Part shown: in pieces, positions 47,511 to 57,274 of the stretch
Position numbering within the stretch: position 1 is the first letter of the stretch
How the letters are laid out: the number at the start of each line of letters is the position of its first letter
Source: an uncultured Pseudomonadales bacterium
Lineage (GTDB): Bacteria; Patescibacteriota; Microgenomatia; UBA1400; UBA1396
Length of the DNA stretch: 64,000 nucleotides
Direction of reading: 5' to 3'
Assembly (NCBI GenBank): GCA_964603945.1
Contig: CAZRWP010000002.1
Location: 123,880-187,879, forward strand
Position numbers and translations under genes: made by a program
Notes under the pieces: generated by a model
The model's input: the letters and a program-made list of their open reading frames with translations, nothing else
Told to the model about the DNA's origin: nothing
Database searches by the model: none

Positions 47511-48295
47511 AACGCAATTTTGTAGTCTTGCGCCAGCTGTTAATTTCATATTTGGCCATAGCCCTAACCTACCGTGCCGATTTTATTCAGAGCGTGTTGG
47601 CTAGTGTGCTTTGGAGTGCCTTTAGCTTTTTATCTGCCTATTTAGTCACCAGTCAAACTCCAGCTATTTTTGGACTAACCAGGGCGGATCTCTTGCTGTT
47701 AGCGTCCACTTATGGCATCATTGTCGGAATTCATCATTGGTTATTTACCAGAGGTTTTCATGGAGTTTGGCACGTTATTCATCGGGGTGAATTAGATGGT
47801 TATCTGTTGAGACCTTTTAATACGCTGACATTTTTATCTTTAAGAAGCATTGCCTGGGGAAGTGTGTTCAGAGTCGCCGGATCGGTTCTGACCACTGCCT
47901 GGATAATTAATCACTACGGCATAATAGTTGAGTGGTGGCAAGTGGTTTTATTTAGTGCACTGACCATTCCGGCCATCTTAGCGATTTATGCATTTTATTC
48001 CATCAGTGTCACGGTGCTTATCTGGCATCCATACTTATCCAACTTGTTAGATTTGATGGGCGTGACGGTGAGTACGGCGCGTTATCCACTGGATATAGTC
48101 AGGTATACACCAATTTGGTTTGTTGGTTGGATTGTGCCGTTTTTAGCGGTGGTAAATATGCCTACCAGAGCCTTGACTAATCGCTTGGGCGTGGCTGATG
48201 GCCTGGTTTTTGTTGGATTTTGCGTTGGCTTATGGTTATTTTCCCGCTGGTTTTGGCGCTACGCCTTAAAGTTTTACACCAGTGCGAGTGGGTAG
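47507..48295 (+). CDS. ABC-2 type transporter permease (second subunit)
   Basis: ATGA overlap with the previous permease; multi-TM. Confidence 0.55.
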   Translation: MKRNFVVLRQLLISYLAIALTYRADFIQSVLASVLWSAFSFLSAYLVTSQTPAIFGLTRADLLLLASTYGIIVGIHHWLFTRGFHGVWHVIHRGELDGYLLRPFNTLTFLSLRSIAWGSVFRVAGSVLTTAWIINHYGIIVEWWQVVLFSALTIPAILAIYAFYSISVTVLIWHPYLSNLLDLMGVTVSTARYPLDIVRYTPIWFVGWIVPFLAVVNMPTRALTNRLGVADGLVFVGFCVGLWLFSRWFWRYALKFYTSASG

Positions 48296-49378
48296 AGGCT
48301 CCTCAACGGAATCCTGCTCAATTTCCTTAGGCAGTAAATCAATGACACTCGTTAATATTTGCAATTGAGCCGATACTTCAACTGTAGTTGGTAAGATATT
48401 CTGTAATATTGATGGAACTTCTCTAAACAATTCCAGATTTCCTGGCCAATGGCGATGATGAGTAGTAGTAGCGGCTATGTCAGCGTATCTAAACTGAAAC
48501 AGGAGGGTGAAAAATCTCACGATAAGATCAGGTCTATTTTCCGGTAATGTTGGTAGTAGAACATTAGCAATTTCCGTTTTAAGCCAGTTGGTTAAAGAAC
48601 CATTTTTATCAGAACCTTTAAAAATAAAGTCGTGATGATGCATAATGACATTTAGTAATAGATGTGACTGATCCTCAGTGAGTTGCTGGGTTGAATTGTT
48701 TTGCTTGATGTAATCTAAAAGTTTTTTTGTAATAACTGTGCCGATTAAAGAATGACTTGGATGGGTATGTTTGCCATCGTTTTTATACTCCTCTTGCAAT
48801 TTGCTTCTGAGATCTAGGTCATAGACGGCGTCAGTCGGCAAGAAATTTACCCCTGCCATTTTGCCGATATCATGTAGCCATGGTAATATTTGGGCTACAA
48901 TTATGTCTTCGTAATATATTGGTAATTCAATATAATTGTTCGCCACACGGCTAATATGATCAAAGGGTGTGACCTTATTTCCTGGCTGTGACAACTGTTC
49001 TTTTGAGACAATTATTGAAGTGGAACCTAAAGCTTGAAAAAGTGGGGACTGACTCAATATTTTAGTAATATTCCCTATTTCTGAGTCAGAAAGTTTTGTG
49101 CTGGATTTTGTTCTTAAGTATTTTAATAGATAAGCAAGAGTTTCGCTGTCTTGTTCTAAACTTTCCCAATCTAAGTTTATAGTTTGCTCACCGTTTTCTA
49201 GGTCACAGTTAAATTTGAAGAAAGCAGGTTGACCTTGTTTTTCGGCAACCAGCATATCAAGGGCGGCCTTTTGTTTTTCGACCAAAATACGCATGATGAT
49301 CCAAGTTAAATCAGTCTCAGTTAAAGGTCTCGATGGATAAAATTCAGAAATTTCTACATCTGGCATAAATGGGATCAT
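48266..49378 (-). CDS. HD-domain phosphohydrolase-like protein
   Basis: LPWLHDIGKMAG (HD motif), HTHPSHSLIG, IMHHHDFIF. Confidence 0.55.
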   Translation of the reverse strand: MIPFMPDVEISEFYPSRPLTETDLTWIIMRILVEKQKAALDMLVAEKQGQPAFFKFNCDLENGEQTINLDWESLEQDSETLAYLLKYLRTKSSTKLSDSEIGNITKILSQSPLFQALGSTSIIVSKEQLSQPGNKVTPFDHISRVANNYIELPIYYEDIIVAQILPWLHDIGKMAGVNFLPTDAVYDLDLRSKLQEEYKNDGKHTHPSHSLIGTVITKKLLDYIKQNNSTQQLTEDQSHLLLNVIMHHHDFIFKGSDKNGSLTNWLKTEIANVLLPTLPENRPDLIVRFFTLLFQFRYADIAATTTHHRHWPGNLELFREVPSILQNILPTTVEVSAQLQILTSVIDLLPKEIEQDSVEEPLPTRTGVKL

Positions 49379-49403
49379 AACATGTCAAAAATGAAAATAG
49401 GAG

Positions 49404-49460
49404 AGGGTGGACACTCGTAAGGTATAACTCGTGACATTAGTCACGCTCGCCTACGGCATG
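49404..49460. repeat. conserved roughly 60-nt element (copy B), flanked by partial tRNA-Ser 3'-end-like repeats (GGAGAGGGTGG ... GGTGGTGGGATTC), about 170 nt from tRNA-Ser(GGA)
   Basis: gacactcgtaaggtataactcgtgacattagtcacgctcgcctacggcatgggttt aligns with copy A at 43503..43563. Confidence 0.5.
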
Positions 49461-49591
49461 GGTTTGGTGGTGGGATTCCCCGACTCGACCTGATTTCATC
49501 AGGGCTCGCTGGACTAGTCAATTGTTCGCAATAAATTGCTCACCTTTGCCGTCGGAACATAGGCTTCGCTCCGTTACACCATCAGTATACC

Positions 49592-49619
49592 AAAAAAGAC
49601 GTATGTATACGTCTTTTTT
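49592..49619. terminator. bidirectional rho-independent terminator (A6-GACGTAT-GT-ATACGTC-T6)
   Basis: Perfect palindrome flanked by A and T tracts, directly downstream of the tRNA-Ser(GGA) 3' end. Confidence 0.65.
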
Positions 49620-49625
49620 AGTATG

Positions 49626-49708
49626 CGGAGGTGGTGGGATTCGAACCCACGGAGCCCGAAGGCTCACGCTTTCCAGGCGTGTGCAATTGACCACTATGCG
49701 ACACCTCC
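49626..49708 (-). tRNA. tRNA-Ser (GGA), class II; CCA not encoded
   Basis: Acceptor GGAGGUG/CACCUCC, G73, anticodon stem CACGC/GCGUG with loop CUGGAAA, variable arm AGCCUUCGGGCUCC, T-arm GUGGG-UUCGAAU-CCCAC. Confidence 0.8.
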
Positions 49709-49824
49709 TTATTTTCGCGTCCCCTAAAACGCCAAATAAACAGCCGCGAACTCAATAATTATACAAGGCTTGGCTATTATTCTCAGGAGGAGTTGCACGT
49801 GGCTAAAAATTATTCAGTTAGAAA

Positions 49825-50142
49825 TTATTTCTTGTAATCAAAAGCTTTTTTAATTTCGTCAAATTCAGCCATAAGAGATGAAAATCTAGCTTCAAGCATG
49901 CCAGCTTTTTCGCCGGTGAAGGCGCCAATCGGCATGTCGGTGGCGGCAGAAATAGCCTGCATTTGCGTGATCGATGGTTCTACGCGCCCAACTTCTAGTG
50001 CTGAGACGCTTTTATCGGATATACCAATAATCTCAGCTAATTCACTTTGGGTAAGTCCCCTAGCCTGTCTAGCCTCGCGAATTCGTTTGCCGACATTTGG
50101 TAGATTTTGTTTGAAATACTCAACAGTTTTGTTATCTGCCAT
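49825..50142 (-). CDS. XRE-family helix-turn-helix transcriptional regulator
   Basis: RQARGLTQSELAEIIGISDKSVSALEVGRVEPSITQMQAI is a classic XRE HTH. Confidence 0.75.
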   Translation of the reverse strand: MADNKTVEYFKQNLPNVGKRIREARQARGLTQSELAEIIGISDKSVSALEVGRVEPSITQMQAISAATDMPIGAFTGEKAGMLEARFSSLMAEFDEIKKAFDYKK

Positions 50143-50252
50143 ATAGCCTACCTTCCTTTATCATTGTACTGATAGAGTCTATCTAATCAAGCCCACTTAT
50201 ATCATTATAAGTTTGTAAGAATATAGTAAGTATTAACTGTTAGTCTGCAGAG

Positions 50253-50921
50253 GTGAGAAACATTAAATCTCAGGCTCGTGCGGCTCAGCCTAGGGAAAAA
50301 TTGATGCATTTTGGTGCTGGACAGTTAAGCTTGGCAGAGTTATGGATGTGCGTTTTGGGACATGGTACATCTGGAAAACCGGTGCAAGTGTTGGCACAGG
50401 AGCTTACTGCCATTTTACAGCAGGCAAATATTAAAACTTTGAAACCGGAGACATTACACATGCTTAGTCGTCTGCTAAGCCGGGCACAGTTAGTCAGAGT
50501 TCTTGCGGTACTTGAGTTGTGGCAAAGGTGGACTCAGCATGAACAGCGGGTATTTCGCTCTCCCAAGGATGCTTTGCTACTTTTGCATGATCTGGCTACA
50601 GCGGCTCAGGAGCGAGTAGTGTGTTTGTACTTGTCGGCTAGTGCACAAATACTTCTGCAGGAGACGTTGGCGATTGGTAGTTGGAACACAGCTCTCTTAC
50701 AGCCCAGGGAGATATTTTTTCCGATCCGTTACTTGCCGGTAGATGCTTTGGTTTTGTGCCACAACCATCCGTCTGGAAAATTATTGCCATCTGATCAGGA
50801 TAAGCGGTTTACCAAGCGCGTTCAGGCGGCGGCAAACATATTAGGAATTCAGTTTTATGACCATCTAATTTTGGCCGAAACAGGATATTTCTCATTCAGA
50901 GAAGCGAATCTGCTTAACTAA
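50253..50921 (+). CDS. RadC-like JAB/MPN domain protein (UPF0758)
   Basis: JAMM motif HNHPSGKLLPSDQD (H.H.(7).S..D); about 222 aa; GTG start. Confidence 0.75.
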   Translation: MRNIKSQARAAQPREKLMHFGAGQLSLAELWMCVLGHGTSGKPVQVLAQELTAILQQANIKTLKPETLHMLSRLLSRAQLVRVLAVLELWQRWTQHEQRVFRSPKDALLLLHDLATAAQERVVCLYLSASAQILLQETLAIGSWNTALLQPREIFFPIRYLPVDALVLCHNHPSGKLLPSDQDKRFTKRVQAAANILGIQFYDHLILAETGYFSFREANLLN

Positions 50922-50964
50922 GAAACAATTAAAATCAAAAACAAAACACCTGACATACCGGATA

Positions 50965-51681
50965 TTATTCCGATTGAGGCGGGTAAATTGACTGGCGATG
51001 TTCACCGTTATTTTCAGCTAAACCAGAATAGGGAGAACTTTGAATAGTAGTTTCTTCTTTAACTAAAACTTTATCCTTGCCCTGAGAATCTACAGCCCGA
51101 ACCTCTGACAATAAAAAGCCCTCACAATTAATACCTTTATCTTTGAAATATTGAGACAGATCCTGCTGAACTCTTTGCTCAATCTCGGTGCGATGTGAAG
51201 TAATCTCATCAATTGTCAGCTTGGAAAAAGCGGCCGAAATCCGTGAGCGTGAAACTGGGCGAACAACTTTAGAGACAAATCTCTCGCCGATATTTTCCCA
51301 GAGCTCAGGCGCATTATGCCGATCTATTCTGAATAAAACGGAACCTTCAATGGAAATTGTCTGATTGTCAGAAGTTTGGGTAATGATTGGCTCGTCACCT
51401 AGATTTTCACGATTATGAGTTGATTCAAAGCCGCGGCGAATAGCGTATTCCAGAATTTGAGCGTTAAAAAGCTTTGCCACCTGCCAAAAAGGGATCTTAA
51501 GATGCAGGCCAGGTCCCCAGGTTTTATTGAGGACTCCCCTGCCCCGGTCATAAACACAGGCTATGTGTCCCGGAGGTACGGAGATAAAAAATCCACCCAC
51601 AATTTCATCAACTAAAAAGCCCACAACGAGGCGATCGAATTCCATTCTTTCAATTATAGCAATGAATGAGGTTATAATCAC
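50965..51681 (-). CDS. SPFH/band-7 domain protein (stomatin/prohibitin-like)
   Basis: Block VPPGHIACVYDRGRGVLNKTWGPGLHLKIPFWQ is typical of the SPFH N-terminal region. Start may be the internal Met MEFDRL. Confidence 0.6.
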   Translation of the reverse strand: MIITSFIAIIERMEFDRLVVGFLVDEIVGGFFISVPPGHIACVYDRGRGVLNKTWGPGLHLKIPFWQVAKLFNAQILEYAIRRGFESTHNRENLGDEPIITQTSDNQTISIEGSVLFRIDRHNAPELWENIGERFVSKVVRPVSRSRISAAFSKLTIDEITSHRTEIEQRVQQDLSQYFKDKGINCEGFLLSEVRAVDSQGKDKVLVKEETTIQSSPYSGLAENNGEHRQSIYPPQSE

Positions 51682-51684
51682 CTA

Positions 51685-52062
51685 ATGGCTGTTCATACTA
51701 ATAATTTACGTCGACTAGCGATTCTCTATTGGCGTCATTCTAAGGATGACAAGGAGAATTCCTGGACCAAGGAGCTCTATGAGGCTCTGATTTATGATGA
51801 TGAGTTGCGGATTCGCCAAAGATATGACACTGAATTTATCTTTGCCAATGTTAATCGCCGGACTGAAAGCTACATTCAAAACAAGGATGTTGTGGAAGCA
51901 CTTCGGCGCCACAAGGAGCGTTATCATCCCTTGGTTTATATGGATCTAGTTTTCCCCAACGAGCGCGGTAGCCGTGAAGAAATCAGAATTATTTATAGCC
52001 AGAATGATATCCGCGAAGTTATTAAACGGATAAAGTACTACATTATTGAGTACGAAAAGTAA
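51685..52062 (+). CDS. hypothetical protein (125 aa)
   Basis: ORF only. Confidence 0.35.
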   Translation: MAVHTNNLRRLAILYWRHSKDDKENSWTKELYEALIYDDELRIRQRYDTEFIFANVNRRTESYIQNKDVVEALRRHKERYHPLVYMDLVFPNERGSREEIRIIYSQNDIREVIKRIKYYIIEYEK

Positions 52063-52083
52063 TTTTTAAGAGCCTTTTTAGAT

Positions 52084-54564
52084 TTAGTTGCCGAAAGTTG
52101 GCGGTTTTGGTGGCTGAAGCCCGGCTGGTGCGGCTGGCTGGATGTCTTGTCCAGTGGTTGGTTGGGCAGGAAGTTGTTCAGAGGTTGGCTGAGTAGGAGG
52201 CTGTTCGTCTGCCTGAGGTCCGACTGGCGAATTAACTGTTGGCTGGGTTACATCCTGTGAATCAACTGGTGGTTGTGTTGTTGTTGATTCAACCGATTGA
52301 GGCATATTTGGCGGTGTCAAAGCTGAGTCTGTTGATAAAGTCTCATTAAAAGAAACATTTGAGGGATAGGTGGGGGCGGATGAAGGCATAGCTGATGGTG
52401 CTGGCGTACCGGTAACCGGCGCATCTGAGCTGGATCCGGTCTCAGTAGATGGTACTGTTTGAACTGCCTCGGCTCCTTGGCTGGAGTCCTCTAATGGAGA
52501 CATTTCATCATCTGAAAGAACCACTGGAATGTCTTGAACCATTTGTACTAGTTCATTCAAGCTATCTTGAACCTCATCTGCATTGTCAGGGATTTCAAGG
52601 GTTTCAGGGGACTGGGTTGGTGCAGGTGTAGGACTGGATGTTGGCGCGGGAGTTGTTTCATCTGCTCCCATTTTGCTTAATTCTTGATTCCCTGGCTGTT
52701 CTGGCTCAGAAAATACTTCAGCTGGCGTAAAATCTGTCCCCTGATCTGAAGATTCGTTATTTTCGATTGACAAATCAAGAGTTGGAGTTGAGGTTTGAGC
52801 AGGCGTTGATGCCTGGGCAGGAGCAGGTGTAGGTGTTGGTGCGGAAGTTCGCATAGGTGCTGGTGCCGAAGCAGGTTCTTGCGTTGGCGTTGGCACTGAA
52901 TCTGCTGTCGGTGTTTGTGATAAATCTGGCACTGGCTTAATAGATGGCATTGCATTTGGCATAGCCGATGTTGGCGTTGAAATTGGTGCCTCTGCCGGCA
53001 GAGGAGTTGGTTCTGATGAAGGTGAACTATTTACCTCAGCATTGGGCTGTGGTTGAGCATTGGGCTGTGGTTCAACATTTGGTGGGGTTTGAGCTACCTG
53101 ATCTGTTGGCGTTGTATCTGACATAGCAATACTTTCTAAGTTTGTTGGGTCTTGAGACATTGGGCTAGGTTGAGGTGTGGAAATAGGTGCTTGAGCAGGA
53201 ACTGGCTCAGTTGCCGGAGCTGGCATTTGGGCTGTTTGATTAGAAGGCTCAGGCTGAGAAGCAGGATAAGTCGGAGAAGTTGGAGCAGTTTGCATAGCAG
53301 GTTGTGTGGAAGCCATCAGAATTTCTTCAATTCTTAAAAGCCGATTATATTTAACGACTCTTTCACCTCTGGATGGGGCGCCAAATTTAACGTAATCAGT
53401 TCCAATGCCGACGGCAATATCTGCTAAAACGTCATCAGTAGTTTCGCTAGAACGGTGCGACATGATGGTGTGCCAGCCGGCTTGCTTGGCAATACTGGCT
53501 ACTTCAATAGCTTCCGTAATAGTTCCAATCCGGTTAGGCTTAATGACCAAAGCATTGCAGGCCTTTTCTTCAATTGCTTTCATGAGTAACGTTTTGTTGG
53601 TGGCGATCAGGTCATCAGCGATAATCATTGCTGTCTCGCCCATCTCACCAGTAATAAATTTCCAATCACTCCAGGCTTCCGGTACTAATGGATCCTCAAA
53701 AGCGAAAACCCGATATTGTTCATGCAGTTTTTTAAGATACTTGGCAAAATCCTTGCCACTCATTGGCTGAGATTGATCTTTAATGGTGTATTTGCCGCTT
53801 TTATGGAAGTTATCTGAGCCGACATCAATTCCTAAAAAGGCATCCTTAGAAATGGTGTAGTTAGCGGCTTTAGCGGCTTCGGCAAAAATTTCCAAGGCAT
53901 CTGTATTGGTAGCCAGGTTAGGTGCAAAACCACCCTCCAGACCAACATTGGTTAGAGCACCCTTTTGTTTGAGCACTTCCTCAATTGACATGAACATCTC
54001 CACACCAATTTTTAGAGCTTGGTTGTATGGTAGATGGCTGGCAGGAACAAGTTGGAACTCCTGGAAATCCAAGGTGCCGCCACCATGGCGGCCGCCATTA
54101 ATTAAATTAAAAATGGGTGAAGGAATGCGGAAAGCATCGATTAATTGGTATTTTTCTTTAACATAGACAAACAGCGGCAAACGCAAGGAAGCCGCGGCCG
54201 CCTTCATCACTGCCTGGGAAACCGCCAGAATCGTATTAGAGCCTAAGCGTGATTTATTTTTGGTACCGTCTAGATCCACCAGCAGCTGGTCAATCTTAGT
54301 CTGGTAAAGTGGATCTTGCCCGGCTAGTTTTTGGTTGATTTCCACATTTATCAAAGCGACTGCTTTTGAGACGCCCAGGCCAAAATACTCAGTTGGCACA
54401 TGATCGCGCAGCTCAACCGCCTCCACTTGCTCATTGCTTATGTTACCTGAGGGAACCGATGAAGTCGCAATGGTGCCATCGGACAGGGTGACGGTAGCCT
54501 CAACCGTTGGGCGTCCTCTGGAATCAAGTATTTGACGGGCGGTGATAAGTTGAATATTTGACAT
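52084..54564 (-). CDS. eno: enolase fused to a roughly 390-aa Pro/Thr/Ser/Ala/Gln-rich low-complexity C-terminal extension
   Basis: Enolase blocks SRGRPTVEATV, SHRSSETTDDVLADIAVG, KFGAPSRGERVVKYNRLLRIEEIL. After the enolase domain at about 430 aa the frame continues into ...TAPTSPTYPASQPEPSNQTAQMPAPATEPVPAQ... through ...PPKPPTFGN. Confidence 0.85.
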   Translation of the reverse strand: MSNIQLITARQILDSRGRPTVEATVTLSDGTIATSSVPSGNISNEQVEAVELRDHVPTEYFGLGVSKAVALINVEINQKLAGQDPLYQTKIDQLLVDLDGTKNKSRLGSNTILAVSQAVMKAAAASLRLPLFVYVKEKYQLIDAFRIPSPIFNLINGGRHGGGTLDFQEFQLVPASHLPYNQALKIGVEMFMSIEEVLKQKGALTNVGLEGGFAPNLATNTDALEIFAEAAKAANYTISKDAFLGIDVGSDNFHKSGKYTIKDQSQPMSGKDFAKYLKKLHEQYRVFAFEDPLVPEAWSDWKFITGEMGETAMIIADDLIATNKTLLMKAIEEKACNALVIKPNRIGTITEAIEVASIAKQAGWHTIMSHRSSETTDDVLADIAVGIGTDYVKFGAPSRGERVVKYNRLLRIEEILMASTQPAMQTAPTSPTYPASQPEPSNQTAQMPAPATEPVPAQAPISTPQPSPMSQDPTNLESIAMSDTTPTDQVAQTPPNVEPQPNAQPQPNAEVNSSPSSEPTPLPAEAPISTPTSAMPNAMPSIKPVPDLSQTPTADSVPTPTQEPASAPAPMRTSAPTPTPAPAQASTPAQTSTPTLDLSIENNESSDQGTDFTPAEVFSEPEQPGNQELSKMGADETTPAPTSSPTPAPTQSPETLEIPDNADEVQDSLNELVQMVQDIPVVLSDDEMSPLEDSSQGAEAVQTVPSTETGSSSDAPVTGTPAPSAMPSSAPTYPSNVSFNETLSTDSALTPPNMPQSVESTTTQPPVDSQDVTQPTVNSPVGPQADEQPPTQPTSEQLPAQPTTGQDIQPAAPAGLQPPKPPTFGN

Positions 54565-54576
54565 GGCAAGTTATTA

Positions 54577-56856
54577 TTACTTTTTAATTCTGGCTTCGGT
54601 GTCGGCAATTAACTGCCTGGCAGTATAAATGGCGTCCGGTGTAACCGAAACCGAGGTCACTCCCCACTCTACCAATTTTTCCAGCATGGTGTGATGGGTA
54701 GTTGGTGCTTGTCCACAAACTGAGATAGTAACATTGTGCTGTCTGGCTTTACGCACCAGGCGTTCCAAAGCCCACATTACTGATGGATGTGTTTCATCAT
54801 AAGCGGGTGCGACATTTTCATTATCGCGGTCGGTTCCCAACATCAGCATGGTTAAGTCATTAGTACCCACTGAAATGCCGTCAATACCGGCTTTGATGTA
54901 GTCTTCGATCATCAGCACATTTTCCGGGATTTCCGCCATCATCCAGAGCTTAAAGGTGGAGCTTCGGCGAATACCAGCTTTATAAATTAGTTCCTTAGCC
55001 GCTTCCAGTTCCTGGACGGAGCGGATAAAGGGAATCATCATCCACAGGTTTTTGTGTTTTTCTCTGACTTTTTTGATCGCCTCGAGTTCCAAATTGAATA
55101 CCTTGGCGTCATGAATATAGCGGAAACAACCCCGGTAACCAATCATGGGATTTTCCTCATGAGGCTCATACTCTTCACCGCCAATTAAGTGACGATATTC
55201 ATTAGTTTTGAAATCAGTTGCCCGGTAAACCACGGGTCGGTCACCAAAAGCTTCACAAAACGTAGATATACCAGCCGCCAGTTCTTTAACAAAAACTTTT
55301 TCACGCTTTTTAGCCAGTAAGGCGCGGGGGTGGTGGCCTAATTCGGCAATCATAAACTCTGCGCGTAAAAGTCCAACTCCATCAACATGTAAACCAGCTA
55401 CTTTTTCTGATAAATCTGGTTCGGCTAAATTAACATAAACTTTAGTTTTGGTTTTCAGTTTTTCTGAGGTATCTTGAGCGGTGGCCGCCTCAAATTCAGC
55501 CAAAACTTCTTCCGCAATTTCACCCTCATAGACTTCACCGGTTTGACCATTAAGAGTCACTAACTGACCATTTTTTAATTTCTTAGAGGCACTGCCAGTA
55601 CCGACCACACAGGGCAAACCAAGTTCACGCGACACAATAGCGGCATGAGAGGTTTGTCCACCTTTATCGGTTACCAAGCCGCCGGCTTTTTTCATGGCTG
55701 GGACAAAATCTGGCGTGGTCATGGCCGTGACCATAATTTCGCCGACTTCCAGCTTATGAATCTCACTAGGTGTTTTAATGTGCTTAACTTTGCCGGAAAT
55801 GATACCTGGCGATGCTGGCTCACCATCCAGAATTTTAGTCATTTTACTAAGCATTGACTGCATCTGGTCATTAACTTCAGCTTTATCATTAATAGTTTTT
55901 ATGGTGGTAATTGGGCGGGTTTGGACGATATAAATTTTGTCGTCTTCAATTGCCCACTCAATATCTTGCGGATGATTGTAATGCTCCTGAAGTTTGACAG
56001 CTAATTTGGCCAAATCGGCGGCTTGTTTATCGGTGAGCTTACGCTTTTCCTGACGTGATTTAGGAACTTTGTAATTTTTAGTACGGCCAAGTTTACGAAC
56101 CATCTCAATATTTTGTTTAACCTTTTGCGCTTTGGTAACTTCCCAGTCTTTCTTTCTGACTACGTAATGATCTGGCGTAACTGTTCCCTGGACAATATTT
56201 TCACCCAGACCCCAAATTGCTTCAACAATGACAAAATCATCATTATTATTGATTGGATTAATTGAAAACATGATGCCGGAAACATCAGACTGCACCATTT
56301 TTTGGACTGGCACGGCAATTCCCACTTTAAAATGGTCAAAACCCTGATTTACCCGATAAAAAATTGCTCTAGCTTCAAACAGTGAAGCCCAAGCGGCTTG
56401 GGTATATTTGAGTACTTTTTTATCTTTATGAATATTAAGAAAAGTAGCCTGCTGTCCCGCAAAAGACGCTTCCGGCAGATCCTCTGCCGTGGCTGATGAA
56501 CGGATGGCTACATTTACATTTTTACCCAGCTTGTGATAAGCCGTAATAATATTGGTTGCCAGCTCATCTGGCATTTTGGCCTTAAGAATAATTTCCTGAA
56601 CCTGCTTAGCGGCCTTTTGGAGTTTTTGGGAATTATTAACATCCAACGGTTCCAAAATCGCACGAACTTTGTCTTCGAGATTATTAGCCTTGATAAAACG
56701 AAAATATGCCTGGGCAGTAATAACAAAACCGTCCGGCACCGGAAAACCGGATTGGACCATTTCTCCCAAGTTGGCACCTTTGCCACCAACTTCGGCACCG
56801 CTCTTTCGGTCTATTTCTTTGAACCACAAAACATCGGTCGGGGCAGATTTCGACAT
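54577..56856 (-). CDS. ppsA: phosphoenolpyruvate synthase (pyruvate, water dikinase)
   Basis: N-terminal ATP-grasp GGKGANLGEM. Phospho-His domain GGQTSHAAIVSRELGLPCVVG. C-terminal PEP-utilising domain. 759 aa. Confidence 0.8.
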   Translation of the reverse strand: MSKSAPTDVLWFKEIDRKSGAEVGGKGANLGEMVQSGFPVPDGFVITAQAYFRFIKANNLEDKVRAILEPLDVNNSQKLQKAAKQVQEIILKAKMPDELATNIITAYHKLGKNVNVAIRSSATAEDLPEASFAGQQATFLNIHKDKKVLKYTQAAWASLFEARAIFYRVNQGFDHFKVGIAVPVQKMVQSDVSGIMFSINPINNNDDFVIVEAIWGLGENIVQGTVTPDHYVVRKKDWEVTKAQKVKQNIEMVRKLGRTKNYKVPKSRQEKRKLTDKQAADLAKLAVKLQEHYNHPQDIEWAIEDDKIYIVQTRPITTIKTINDKAEVNDQMQSMLSKMTKILDGEPASPGIISGKVKHIKTPSEIHKLEVGEIMVTAMTTPDFVPAMKKAGGLVTDKGGQTSHAAIVSRELGLPCVVGTGSASKKLKNGQLVTLNGQTGEVYEGEIAEEVLAEFEAATAQDTSEKLKTKTKVYVNLAEPDLSEKVAGLHVDGVGLLRAEFMIAELGHHPRALLAKKREKVFVKELAAGISTFCEAFGDRPVVYRATDFKTNEYRHLIGGEEYEPHEENPMIGYRGCFRYIHDAKVFNLELEAIKKVREKHKNLWMMIPFIRSVQELEAAKELIYKAGIRRSSTFKLWMMAEIPENVLMIEDYIKAGIDGISVGTNDLTMLMLGTDRDNENVAPAYDETHPSVMWALERLVRKARQHNVTISVCGQAPTTHHTMLEKLVEWGVTSVSVTPDAIYTARQLIADTEARIKK

Positions 56857-57130
56857 ATACTTTAGTATGCAGATTTAAGCGTAGAAACGCAACCCACTTA
56901 ACTTGACTGAGGGATGGATATACTGGCAAATATTGCAATTGTCGTCAGTTTATTGCCAACTTTGGTTAAGTTTTATTAATAGATCAAATGGTGAAAAAAG
57001 TTGAAAAAGGCAGCAAGCCAATTTTCACAAGGCTGGAATTTAAATAAGCGAAAAAGCCAATCTGCCGTTACAATACACTTACTGCGCTAGCCGAGTCTAA
57101 GTTAAATATACTGACTAAGTAGCGTTTAAT

Positions 57131-57212
57131 GCCCAGGTGGCGGAATTGGTATACGCGCACGGCTTAGAACCGTGTGGAGCAATCCTTGGAGGTTCGAGTC
57201 CTCTCCTGGGCA
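57131..57212 (+). tRNA. tRNA-Leu (TAG), class II; CCA not encoded
   Basis: Acceptor GCCCAGG/CCUGGGC, A73, anticodon stem CACGG/CCGUG with loop CUUAGAA, long variable arm, T-loop UUCGAGU. Confidence 0.8.
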
Positions 57213-57274
57213 CAAATATGTTCTGGCATTTATCTTGCGCAATTATGCCAAGCTCATATTTCTTAAATGAATGC

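Noticed and set aside
52677-52955. Gln/His-rich minus ORF and other small ORFs overlapping the enolase tail and ppsA (52449..52631, 53152..53770, 55645..55857, 56514..56938)
   Set aside because: Alternative-frame ORFs within low-complexity or strongly supported coding sequence, with no RBS and biased composition.
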